From a virus (taxonomy: Duplodnaviria; Caudoviricetes): 60,337 nucleotides of DNA. Below, piece by piece: positions 44,947 through 54,407 of this stretch (its first letter is position 1; every line of letters begins with the position of its first letter). The stretch spans positions 1 to 60,337 of IMG/VR virus record IMGVR_UViG_3300011400_000003; one strand, written 5' to 3'. Under the pieces are notes generated by a model. It ran no database searches and was not told the DNA's origin. It saw only the letters and a program-made list of their open reading frames with translations. The translations under genes and the position numbers were made by a program.

Positions 44947-46989
44947 TTACAGAGCCGTAAAGGTCCAGTCATCAACCTCACTGGTTGCAAAGTACTTGCC
45001 CGAGGCAGGAGTTGCAACGATCTCAACCGTCTCACCCGAAGGAATCGTGTAAGGCGATCCAGCGTTATCAACAACGGTATCGGTGTCAGTACGTGTGTAC
45101 ACGACGCCAGTGGTGTCATTAATAGTAAGCTCACCGGTCTCCTCATCGAATGTCGGAGCCAGAGGAGTAACCAGAACATCACCCGAAGCAACCTTACGGA
45201 TAACCAGAGCCGACTTCAGCTTGGTAAGAGCGCCGCAAAGACGGGTTTCAATCAGGTACTTGTGCTTGTTGTAGTCAATGTCGAAATCGTCGAACAAGTT
45301 GACTTCGCCACCCTTAGTGGCACCAAACACATAGTCAATGGGGTTCACGATAATGCCAAGAAGCTCTTCATCATCGTCCATTGCCTCAACCGGAATGATG
45401 CTTGCAACACGCAGAACAGTCGCAACCTCGTCCAAGCTCCTGTAAAGCGAACGACCAAGCGTATCCTTCAACAGAAGGAACATGGCAATGACCGTCTCGG
45501 AGGTGTAGAGATTCGGCTGTCCACTACCCTTGTAATACTTGCGATTGGTGATAACCGCGTCGATGAATTCCTGAATCGACGAGCTTGCGTCACCAATGTT
45601 GACGTAAAGGGTGGTCACATACAATTCGTGATCAGTAGCGATCGGACGAATGTTAGCTTCCTGAATCTTGTCTTCATCTGAAATATCCCGACCATCGCCC
45701 ATAAGCGCTGCACGAGCGATTTCCTCGTCGAGCATGATCCGCATCTCAGCCTTGAGCCAAGACACGATATCAAAGTCGGTGATGTCGACAATGTCGTCAC
45801 GGTCCAGAGACTGCTTCTTGTAGATAGTCTGAGGAGTCGTAGTACGACGCAGAATCGGGAAGAACTCTTCCTTCTTCAGATCACCCTTAATGTAACCACG
45901 GGCTCGAGCTTCGTCCATCGTAATATCCGCAGCAAAGGTCTTGATACGACTAAACGGGCTCTTACGAGTGGCGGCAAGAAACGAGCCTACCCATTCCGTA
46001 CGACGCTGAAGAAACTCGGGAACTGCATCGGTTGCAACAGCATCTGGGAACAGAATATCAATGTCCGTAATACCGTGAGACAGTGCATAGTTCTCTGCAG
46101 CGTGCTTCAATGAACCGGTACGAATGGCGTCTTTGAGGATCGCATCACGATCTTCATGAGAAAGAATCGACTCTCCTTCCTTACCATCATCACCGCTTTC
46201 AAACACGTTGTGCTTCACTTCTCCACCCTTCTTTTCTTTGTCATCGTCGTCGTCTTCGTCATCGTCCTCATCGGAAGACTGCTTCATGTCACTCTTCTTG
46301 ATTCCAAGAGCTTCTCCAACGAGGAACTGAACTACTTCCTGTTGCTCGGTGTTCATTGAAGCATAAATATCCCCAACAGTACGATCATCAGCATGCTCGA
46401 TGTCTTCACCGCTTCTCACACCAATCAAAGTGTGGAGAAATTCACGGTCTTCGTCATCCATCTTATCGAGAAACTCGACAATATCCTTCTTTGCTTCGGT
46501 TTTGCTACCCATTCCTCCACCTACTGTGTTGGTGTGCTCGAAACTGAGCCCAGTGTAAATGATTGCTTCATCTTCAATAATCTCATCCCCATCATCATGG
46601 CGGATGGTAATAGGATCAATAAGAGCGCCAGGATTAGCGCCACCAAGTACAAGACTAACTTCACGGATTGCCCCGTGAAACACTTTCTTTCCTCGTTCAA
46701 TGAGTTGATTAGCCCAGATGGAAAGCATAGTGATGTCGCCATGTTGGACTAACCCTTTAGCATGCTGCGCTTGCCTAGAATCGTTGAAATATGCACTACA
46801 CCAAACACCTTCTGGGCGATTTTCAAGAATTGCATGGCCCAAAACATTCTCTGGTGTCTTTTTATCATGCTGCCAAACAAGAGGAACCGTAAGGTTATCC
46901 TGATGCTCGAAAGCGTTGGGCATGATTGTGCGGCCGTCGGTGCATTGAAGCCCTGCCTTGGTGGCCCAGCCGCAGAAATCTGCTTCCAT
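44947..46989 (-). CDS. Prohead protease-scaffold-major capsid fusion with C-terminal Ig-like domain
   Basis: VPLVWQH, LSI, EVSLV (HK97-type protease); acidic linker; LDEEIARA.L.GDGR; FDIDYN...ETR. Confidence 0.92.
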   Translation of the reverse strand: MEADFCGWATKAGLQCTDGRTIMPNAFEHQDNLTVPLVWQHDKKTPENVLGHAILENRPEGVWCSAYFNDSRQAQHAKGLVQHGDITMLSIWANQLIERGKKVFHGAIREVSLVLGGANPGALIDPITIRHDDGDEIIEDEAIIYTGLSFEHTNTVGGGMGSKTEAKKDIVEFLDKMDDEDREFLHTLIGVRSGEDIEHADDRTVGDIYASMNTEQQEVVQFLVGEALGIKKSDMKQSSDEDDDEDDDDDKEKKGGEVKHNVFESGDDGKEGESILSHEDRDAILKDAIRTGSLKHAAENYALSHGITDIDILFPDAVATDAVPEFLQRRTEWVGSFLAATRKSPFSRIKTFAADITMDEARARGYIKGDLKKEEFFPILRRTTTPQTIYKKQSLDRDDIVDITDFDIVSWLKAEMRIMLDEEIARAALMGDGRDISDEDKIQEANIRPIATDHELYVTTLYVNIGDASSSIQEFIDAVITNRKYYKGSGQPNLYTSETVIAMFLLLKDTLGRSLYRSLDEVATVLRVASIIPVEAMDDDEELLGIIVNPIDYVFGATKGGEVNLFDDFDIDYNKHKYLIETRLCGALTKLKSALVIRKVASGDVLVTPLAPTFDEETGELTINDTTGVVYTRTDTDTVVDNAGSPYTIPSGETVEIVATPASGKYFATSEVDDWTFTAL

Positions 46990-47003
46990 TTTGATTGTCC
47001 TTT

Positions 47004-48257
47004 CTAAGAATTCGGCGGCTGTTCTTCCGGCTGATTCTTAGGTTTTAATTCGCCAGTATTAACAACTACACCTGGTTGTGGCATGTTGCTATTAACTAAT
47101 TCATCTGCTTTAGGATCTTGCGAAGGAGGAAGACCCATGCCAGCTCTAACTTCGTTGCTAGACAAGATTTCATTACGAGTAAATTTGTCTGCAATTTCAG
47201 CAAGATCTTTAAGCGGAACCAACTGGAACGGATTTCTAAAGTACTGAACTGCTTTTAGATCTTTAGTACCTTGATACCCAATGAATGAACGCTGCATTGC
47301 TTCTCTAATAGCATCAATGATTGGTTTAACTGTTCTGTTGAAATAGTTAATCATGGTTGCTTCGGTAGCTGTGCCATTCATTACCTCTTCAGTAAGACCA
47401 AGTTGACTATAAAGCATTGCGGTAAGGTACTCAACTTGCTTAAGGAGGTTATTCTCAGCCGGTCGATTTAATTGTGTGACCTTTTCGGTGCTATCAGTAT
47501 ACGCAATACCATACTGACTACCTTTTAATTGAAGTTCAATGTCAGAACGACGCGTTTCTGCTTGTTGCCGTCGGGCCTCAGACTTAATTACATACGGAAG
47601 TTGAATAATCAGGTCTAACTTTCCAGAACTCGACTGTTCATCAACCGCATCAAGTAAAGACAACTTTTTAATGAGTCTTTGAAGGGTTGAATTCGGCTCA
47701 TTCATTACAGAATAAAGCGGATTTTCAACAATTGCAACAGAATTTTTCTTTAACGTAATCTCTTCTCTTAAGCCCTTTGCCTCATTATATACTCTGACTC
47801 TGACGTGGCTTGGGTACCAAGCACGAATTTCTCCTACACGAAGACTATAAATATCAATAGTTTCTTCGCTACTAGGATCAATTGTTGTATCTACTGGAAC
47901 AATAGCAGCACATCCACCATCAAACAAAGTCAAAGCGATGTCTTGTCTAAATGCTCGAGGCGCTTGATCAATATTCGCTTCTAGAGTTAAACAATTATTA
48001 AAAAAACTTTCAATGTCTTCTAGATAGCGTTTCTTATCATCCAATTTTACATGTCTGAAGTCAATTCCAGCAACATCAATAGCAATACGATTGTAAATTG
48101 AAGAAATGATAGTTCGTTCGTTATTGAAACTTCTTCTTGGTACTGATGGAGAACTACCACCAGAATATGTTGGTGTACCAGTACCATAATCTAATCTTGT
48201 TTCTTCCTGACTACGAAAAGCATTAACAGCTCTTCGTAACCGAGCACGAATAGCCAA
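47004..48257 (-). CDS. Portal protein
   Basis: IYNRIAIDVA, GKLDLIIQLPY, NEILSSNEVR. Confidence 0.9.
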   Translation of the reverse strand: MAIRARLRRAVNAFRSQEETRLDYGTGTPTYSGGSSPSVPRRSFNNERTIISSIYNRIAIDVAGIDFRHVKLDDKKRYLEDIESFFNNCLTLEANIDQAPRAFRQDIALTLFDGGCAAIVPVDTTIDPSSEETIDIYSLRVGEIRAWYPSHVRVRVYNEAKGLREEITLKKNSVAIVENPLYSVMNEPNSTLQRLIKKLSLLDAVDEQSSSGKLDLIIQLPYVIKSEARRQQAETRRSDIELQLKGSQYGIAYTDSTEKVTQLNRPAENNLLKQVEYLTAMLYSQLGLTEEVMNGTATEATMINYFNRTVKPIIDAIREAMQRSFIGYQGTKDLKAVQYFRNPFQLVPLKDLAEIADKFTRNEILSSNEVRAGMGLPPSQDPKADELVNSNMPQPGVVVNTGELKPKNQPEEQPPNS

Positions 48258-48290
48258 GAGGTGTCACCTCCCTTCAAATATAATTATTAT

Positions 48291-48353
48291 CTATGGTGCT
48301 GGAATGCCATGATGCTCAAGGAACTCCGATAAATCCATTTCCATAGTATTCAC
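48291..48353 (-). CDS. 20-aa micro-ORF consisting of the FLEH-HGI tag
   Basis: MNTMEMDLSEFLEHHGIPAP; AGGAGG RBS. Confidence 0.5.
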   Translation of the reverse strand: MNTMEMDLSEFLEHHGIPAP

Positions 48354-48381
48354 TAATCCTCCTTTTTAAATATGATGGAGG

Positions 48382-48777
48382 TTAGGTGTAAGCACCAACT
48401 TGATTCAGAACCGTTCCATCAAAGAAGAACAAGGCCACACCATCGGCAGCAAGAGTGAACTTAGCAGCAGCGCTTGCAGTCCCACCAAGCTTAATAGCTC
48501 TAGCGTCTCCACCGTCAAACGCGACGGTCGGAGTTTCTGCAGAGTTTCCATTGGTGAACTTAATGGCAACAAGAGTGTTTGCCTCCGGTTCAGCAGCAGT
48601 AGTAGTCTTCGCTGCAGTACCAATTGCCGTTGCAACAGTGATCGGAACTGATTCTAAATCACTAGCAGTAAACGGTGAACCACCTGCATTAAACAAAGCA
48701 ATTTCTGCGGTTGGCCGATCAAGTCGAAGTGTCTGACGACGTGAACGCTCAACAACATTATACTGATGAACTTCCAT
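48382..48777 (-). CDS. Ala/Thr-rich structural (decoration/fibre-like) protein
   Basis: TAAKT...IKFTNGNSA.TPT fibre-type motif. Confidence 0.6.
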   Translation of the reverse strand: MEVHQYNVVERSRRQTLRLDRPTAEIALFNAGGSPFTASDLESVPITVATAIGTAAKTTTAAEPEANTLVAIKFTNGNSAETPTVAFDGGDARAIKLGGTASAAAKFTLAADGVALFFFDGTVLNQVGAYT

Positions 48778-48796
48778 TTTGAATCCTTTTTCTAAG

Positions 48797-49339
48797 TTAC
48801 CGCTGAGCGGTTTTGATGAGTCGGTTTACAGTTCTTTTTAGTCGTTGAGATTCAACGACATCTTTAACTTTACTTATACTATTACTCATTACTGTTTGGC
48901 CTTTTGGACTAGAAAGGAAAGCAGCACCTCCAGCAGCGATTGCTACAAAAGCGGCTTTCGTTCCCATTTCTCCAGTAATTCGACGAGCAATAGCACCGCC
49001 GGTTTGCTTAGCAGCTTTGCCCTTATTTTTTCTAGATCGTTCTGATCGAGCTTTGGATGCGTGCTTAGATAAATCTTGATTATTAAGATGTCTGTCAAAC
49101 GCCTTTGCGTAAGTTGGATCTTTCTTTTTCTTTGCTTCTACGGTAGCCTTAATCAATTTTCGACGAGTTCCAGCACCTTCGCCAAAGAATAATTTTGCTC
49201 TTGCGAACTCTTTTGCATCTTTAGCAGCTGCACGATCAGTGCCTCTAGAAGCACCGCCTCGATCATCATTACGAATACCCCATCGCATTCCTTTAATACC
49301 GAAGTGTTCTAGGAACTCCTCGGTTTGTAAATCGTTCAC
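48797..49339 (-). CDS. HxGxKGMRWG-tag protein (putative internal virion protein)
   Basis: FLEHFGIKGMRWGIR; basic body; C-terminal hydrophobic segment. Confidence 0.75.
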   Translation of the reverse strand: MNDLQTEEFLEHFGIKGMRWGIRNDDRGGASRGTDRAAAKDAKEFARAKLFFGEGAGTRRKLIKATVEAKKKKDPTYAKAFDRHLNNQDLSKHASKARSERSRKNKGKAAKQTGGAIARRITGEMGTKAAFVAIAAGGAAFLSSPKGQTVMSNSISKVKDVVESQRLKRTVNRLIKTAQR

Positions 49340-49352
49340 TTGAACACCTCCT

Positions 49353-50882
49353 CTATAAAACTGCGGCTACTTTTCTATCAAATCTCTTATTAAGAATTTC
49401 TGCAAAGTTTGAGAACTGACTAGCATCCATCTTACCTTCAGCACGCATTCTTCTTAACGAATACATTTGTGTTTCACGTTGACTTTCGATGAACTCTTGA
49501 GCTGTTTGAGATACGTTTCTAGCTCTTCCAGCATTGCCTCTAGCATTATAACCACCAAAGTTAGGAGGATCAAACTTAAAATTACGTGGACCACTGTTTT
49601 CTTGACGAAGAGCATATAAAGCTAGAGCAAATGGAACTGTAAAAACTAAACTTTTTGCGGCGCCAATTGCGGCACCCTTTGCGGCTTTTCTTCTCATCTT
49701 TCGTGCTCTACGTTGACGAGGTGTCAATTTTACATCACGAGCAAGCCTACGTTTATCATTTCTAACACCCCATCGCATTCCTTTAATACCGAAATGCACA
49801 AGAAAATTATCTACGTCATTAATTGCCGCCATAAATAATTCACCTAAAGTCATTTGCATCAATTTAATCTCAGATTCCCCAACAAAGGTATGCGCATTTA
49901 AGGTATCAAGTTGAAAATCCGACCCATTTAAAAGACGCAATGGTGTTTTAGCAAGTCTTCCTGAATCATTAAAATCAATTAACGCATTATATCCACTATC
50001 TTTTACCATCTTAAAAAATTGTTGTACATCAGGATGACCGTCCAGCCCATTAGCCCATTGAATAACAAAATTTCCGAAATTTTGTTTAGCTAATCCATCA
50101 ATTGCTTTTTCTTTATCTACTTCACTTAATGTTCCCCAAATTCTTCCAACTGGCGTATTGGCTATAATTCTTTGATCTCTAAGAAGGTTTTTAAAAATAT
50201 TAAACGTTTCTTCTCCTGATGGCGCTTTAATTGGAACCTGAGATCTAAGATTAACCAGCCAACCACTTTTATTATCATAACCCCAAGTTTTCCACCATTT
50301 TGGTAATTCTGCTTTATAACGTTGAACATCTGAATCTTCAAAAGCAGCGAAAAACCCTTGAGGTCTAATTTCTGTTTCTTGAATGGTCGATAATCTTTTA
50401 AAAATAGAACCAGCAGGAAGATCTATTTTAGTGCCCCAATGATCGTCTAAGCCAGGTACAACCCCTTCTAACGTACTCATTGGAGATTCTGAAAGAACTT
50501 TAAGTTGCTCTAAATTAAGCTGAGCATAATCATCTTGAAGGCCTTTTACATCTAATAGAAAATCGCTGCCAACACCATACTTTTTACCTAAATATATAGC
50601 TCCACCGGCTAAAAGTGCACCACCAACACCTATACCAACACCTAAAGCAATTTTCTTTTGCTTATCGGTTAAATGAAAACCTTTATCGTCATCTTTTCCG
50701 GTATATGGACCGTACTTTCGGTTAAGTTGATCGCTTCGAAAATCTTTATCTGAAAATACGCCCTTAATTTTCTTTTGTACATCATCATTAAATTGTGAAA
50801 TGCTATTTGTGATATCTTTTCTAATCCCCCATCGCATTCCTTTAACACCATAGTGCTCAAGGAAGACGTCTACGTCATTCAC
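49353..50882 (-). CDS. Double HxGxKGMRWG-tag protein (two fused modules)
   Basis: FLEHYGVKGMRWG at the N-terminus and internal FLVHFGIKGMRWG; two TM-like segments. Confidence 0.8.
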   Translation of the reverse strand: MNDVDVFLEHYGVKGMRWGIRKDITNSISQFNDDVQKKIKGVFSDKDFRSDQLNRKYGPYTGKDDDKGFHLTDKQKKIALGVGIGVGGALLAGGAIYLGKKYGVGSDFLLDVKGLQDDYAQLNLEQLKVLSESPMSTLEGVVPGLDDHWGTKIDLPAGSIFKRLSTIQETEIRPQGFFAAFEDSDVQRYKAELPKWWKTWGYDNKSGWLVNLRSQVPIKAPSGEETFNIFKNLLRDQRIIANTPVGRIWGTLSEVDKEKAIDGLAKQNFGNFVIQWANGLDGHPDVQQFFKMVKDSGYNALIDFNDSGRLAKTPLRLLNGSDFQLDTLNAHTFVGESEIKLMQMTLGELFMAAINDVDNFLVHFGIKGMRWGVRNDKRRLARDVKLTPRQRRARKMRRKAAKGAAIGAAKSLVFTVPFALALYALRQENSGPRNFKFDPPNFGGYNARGNAGRARNVSQTAQEFIESQRETQMYSLRRMRAEGKMDASQFSNFAEILNKRFDRKVAAVL

Positions 50883-52627
50883 TCGAACGCCTCCTTGTTA
50901 AGCTTGTAAGCAACATAAGCGTCCATCATAGCAGAAACGTTATCAATCTTGTCTTCTGCTCGTTTCTTGAACAATTTTCGATTTCCGTTAGTATCTTCCA
51001 GAGTAACAGCATTACCCATAGCAAAAGTCATAAGTTCTTGATCAAATATAAGTGCTCGTTGCTCAGCTAAAATCTTCAATTCGCCAAGAGGAACCGACTC
51101 TGTTCTTGCTCCTTGAATGACTTTCTCTATACCATACGGGCCGTTTTCTTGTTCCCATCTGGTAACAAAGGCCTTAGCGTTGTATGGATCGAAGCCAAAG
51201 CATCGAACATCATACTCTTTTGCTAATATAAAAGCATCGAGATCATCATAAACTTCATTATCAACATCAAGAACGTTTCCGTCCATGATAACAAGACTTC
51301 CCTCTCGAATGAATTCTTCATACTTCATTCGCATGGCGCCTGGAAGTTTAAGCAAAGTCAATTCTGTAATATAACTTCGAGTCTTGACGCCAAAGCTTCC
51401 GTTTGAAAGCGGAAACAGAAAAGTAAACGCACAGAAGTCGTCGCCTTGGGATAGGTCAGCACCAAGAGCACACGGAATCTGCCAGAACTCTTTCGGTGGA
51501 TGTGGAAGAGTGTCTTCGTAAGTGAAGAAATATGTATAGCCTTCCATTGGAATACCGAAACGCTTAGCTAAAATATCATTACGAGCAGCAGGAGCTTTCT
51601 CGGCTCTTTCTACATCTAAATGATAGACGTCATACGTTACGGTTTTTCCTAGATTAGGCTGAGCTTTCAACCACATCTCTGGTTGAGCAACTTCTTCAAT
51701 ATCGTCAAGTTTGTAATGCCAGATTGAAATATGAGGAGCGTGATACTCTCCTCTAAGAATTTTACCCAATTCTAATTTAATAGTGTCGCCAGATCCGTTT
51801 CTAACCGTTCCTTCAGAACTAATAGCGACAATCAACCAGTCGTCCATCTTGGAAGCGCCCTGCTCGATTGCTCCAACGACATCCTCTCGAATATCGCCGG
51901 AAAGCCATTCGTCAACAGTTGAAATTTTTGGTCTTAATCCCTGCAGCTTGTTGATAGCCATAGGACGAATCTCAAGTATTGACCCAGTTAGAAAATTTTC
52001 AATTCCCTTTTTAGTTGAAGCCAGTTTTTGACGCATAGCGGTTGATCCACTAGTGTTTCTAACTGTTCCCTCTGTAAGGAATTTGAACAACGGACCTCTA
52101 GCTCTGGTAATTGCAGTTCTAAAAGGGGATAGAACTTCATCTGCTTGCTTCATGGTTGGAGCGGTATTGATTTGGTGAGTGGTTGCAACATCAACATTAA
52201 GAAAATATGCTTGAATGCAACAAGCATACATTGATTTAGCAGCACCTCTAGCCACAATCAAATATTGTTTTGTAACTAATCGTTTCTTAAGTAATTTCGT
52301 AACGTATCCACCAGGTTCACCTTCTTCTCCTGGTTGATAAACGCTTCGTTCAACATAGTAATACCAACCAAATATCTGTTCTGCCCATACTTTGAACGTA
52401 TCAAGAAGATACAAATCAGTACCATCAGTAAGCGTTAATTCCCATTCGCAATACTTGATGAAACCTTCAACTGCTTCTGAATCATACCAAATATCTGGAT
52501 TAGCTATAAGATCATCGATACGATTCATCTCTAGAGAAATTAATTCGTTTACAGGAATTTCTCCACGTAAAACTTGGTCTCTAAATATACCATAGTACTG
52601 TGGCGTAGCGGTATTTGATAAAACCAA
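50879..52627 (-). CDS. terL: Terminase large subunit
   Basis: VARGAAKS Walker A, VDEW Walker B, GADLS, FDPY, KIDNVSAMMDA. Confidence 0.95.
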   Translation of the reverse strand: MVLSNTATPQYYGIFRDQVLRGEIPVNELISLEMNRIDDLIANPDIWYDSEAVEGFIKYCEWELTLTDGTDLYLLDTFKVWAEQIFGWYYYVERSVYQPGEEGEPGGYVTKLLKKRLVTKQYLIVARGAAKSMYACCIQAYFLNVDVATTHQINTAPTMKQADEVLSPFRTAITRARGPLFKFLTEGTVRNTSGSTAMRQKLASTKKGIENFLTGSILEIRPMAINKLQGLRPKISTVDEWLSGDIREDVVGAIEQGASKMDDWLIVAISSEGTVRNGSGDTIKLELGKILRGEYHAPHISIWHYKLDDIEEVAQPEMWLKAQPNLGKTVTYDVYHLDVERAEKAPAARNDILAKRFGIPMEGYTYFFTYEDTLPHPPKEFWQIPCALGADLSQGDDFCAFTFLFPLSNGSFGVKTRSYITELTLLKLPGAMRMKYEEFIREGSLVIMDGNVLDVDNEVYDDLDAFILAKEYDVRCFGFDPYNAKAFVTRWEQENGPYGIEKVIQGARTESVPLGELKILAEQRALIFDQELMTFAMGNAVTLEDTNGNRKLFKKRAEDKIDNVSAMMDAYVAYKLNKEAFE

Positions 52628-52646
52628 CTAAACCACCTCCTATGAT

Positions 52647-53039
52647 TTAAATAAATGATGAACCTGGTTTAAGATTAATTCTTCTACCTTTATGTCTATT
52701 AATAAATGCCGCAATTGGTTTTCCTGCAGGACTGTTTGCAATAGCTGCAACAGAAGAAATAAGCCCTGCAGTAGCAACAACTGCTTTAATATGCTTTTCG
52801 CCTCGTTTAATTGTTCCAGGATTAAGACGATCAAAATTCTGCTCTAAACCAAGTCGAGTATTCACTGTTTGTAATTGTTTATTGGTTAAAGAAGTTTTTG
52901 GCTTCTTTCGAAGATCGTTCGCTGTTTTATAATCTACAGTTACTCGACCGGTTCTTGAGTCTACCTTATTACGAATACCCCATCGCATTCCTTTAATACC
53001 GTGGTGTGCAAGCACACCTTCTACATCCATAAATATCAC
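52647..53039 (-). CDS. HxGxKGMRWG-tag protein
   Basis: VLAHHGIKGMRWGIR; LTNKQL...RL.LE; hydrophobic segment. Confidence 0.75.
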   Translation of the reverse strand: MIFMDVEGVLAHHGIKGMRWGIRNKVDSRTGRVTVDYKTANDLRKKPKTSLTNKQLQTVNTRLGLEQNFDRLNPGTIKRGEKHIKAVVATAGLISSVAAIANSPAGKPIAAFINRHKGRRINLKPGSSFI

Positions 53040-53054
53040 CTCCTTATTAATAAC

Positions 53055-54407
53055 TCACGCTAGAGCAGCAATCAAATCAGTTTCCATGGCATCTCTAGTT
53101 GCGGTCCATGGGTTTCCTGTTTCTGGATCGTTTGCTCCAGAGTTTGCTAAATTAACAACTTCGTGTGGATCAGTATCCAACGCATACAACTCAAATTCGT
53201 CTTCAGGAAAATTAATGTCAAAACAAAAATGATTCGTGTGATACCTTATAAGTTTACGAGTACTAGTACTAATTGCATCAAATGATGGTTGGTCTTGCGG
53301 AATACTAAACGGATCACCTAAAGGATCGGTTCTACCCTGGATAAGTAATTCTCTATCATCATAATTAATAGGATTAACTGCTACATCAGTTAAATCTTCT
53401 CCAGTTACATCAGTAAGACCTGGAGTTACACCTTGTATGGCACAAATTGTAGATGTAATATCTATGTTAGTGGTCTGGGGTGTTACTATGTTATTCTCTG
53501 GGAAGGAAGGACCTGCACATATTAAAGGAACCCTAAGAGATCCGTAATCATATGGTGTGTTCTTAGCAGGACCAGTTACCGCCTTTAAAAGAACCTCTCC
53601 ATAATGAATCGAATTGTCATTTGTAAATATAACGTCAGTATCGCTCATATCTATAAGATCTAAAATACTTGCTAAAAATGCGTCAGCTCCACTACATTCT
53701 CGAAGTTGTCTACGAAACAATTGACGAATAGCATTTCTATCATCTGTATCTAATGCATTACGTAACTGAACCCAATGGGCTCTAAGATTAAGTGATGTTT
53801 CTTCAATTATGCTATGCTTAGCATGACTCCAAATATGATTATGTTGAGGTCGAGGATGCATGGGATCATGGGGATTTGTTGGAGCTACATATAAAAACCA
53901 AGGCTCAGTAGCTGCTGCAAGAAAATCTTGAACCTGGGTATAATAGTAATCTAAATGATAATCAGACGGTGTTGAAACTCCTCCTGGACTACCATTATAA
54001 ATAGAATATCCATGTGCCCACCCAAGTTTACCGGCAGCATTATGCACTAGCTGACGCCAAAAATCCCAACCATCACCAACCGGTCGTTCGTCATTTAACA
54101 TTCCTCGATCATTTAAATACTTACCTATAAGTCCTGTATAAATCCCATCATCATTCAACCAAGCAGCAATAGTATTATCAAAATCGTAATCGACATTATC
54201 TAAATCATAATCATTATTATCAAAAACACCATGGTGTTTACCCAATTGACCAGTCATAAAACCAACTCTAGCCGGTTGGCAAAGACCAATTGACTGTCTT
54301 GTATTAATAAATGTGGTGCCTAATCGTTTTAACCTTGATAATGTTGGCATATAAAACGAACAATCATATCGCATGTCGTCAGTAACAAACATCAAAGTGT
54401 TAGTCAT
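53055..54407 (-). CDS. Formylglycine-dependent (type I / S1) sulfatase
   Basis: TDD, CQPAR..FMTG, GKYLN, PWFLYV...PH, NDN, K..Y...RVPL, ELY.L.TDPHE..NLA; no signal peptide. Confidence 0.88.
   Translation of the reverse strand: MTNTLMFVTDDMRYDCSFYMPTLSRLKRLGTTFINTRQSIGLCQPARVGFMTGQLGKHHGVFDNNDYDLDNVDYDFDNTIAAWLNDDGIYTGLIGKYLNDRGMLNDERPVGDGWDFWRQLVHNAAGKLGWAHGYSIYNGSPGGVSTPSDYHLDYYYTQVQDFLAAATEPWFLYVAPTNPHDPMHPRPQHNHIWSHAKHSIIEETSLNLRAHWVQLRNALDTDDRNAIRQLFRRQLRECSGADAFLASILDLIDMSDTDVIFTNDNSIHYGEVLLKAVTGPAKNTPYDYGSLRVPLICAGPSFPENNIVTPQTTNIDITSTICAIQGVTPGLTDVTGEDLTDVAVNPINYDDRELLIQGRTDPLGDPFSIPQDQPSFDAISTSTRKLIRYHTNHFCFDINFPEDEFELYALDTDPHEVVNLANSGANDPETGNPWTATRDAMETDLIAALA

Larger units (their letters stand above)
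49268..53001. repeat. Dispersed 19-34 bp repeat encoding the GxKGMRWG tag (4 copies)
   Basis: 49268-49301 equals 52968-53001 (34 bp); 49767-49793 equals 49277-49303 (27 bp); 50827-50845 (19 bp core). Confidence 0.85.
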
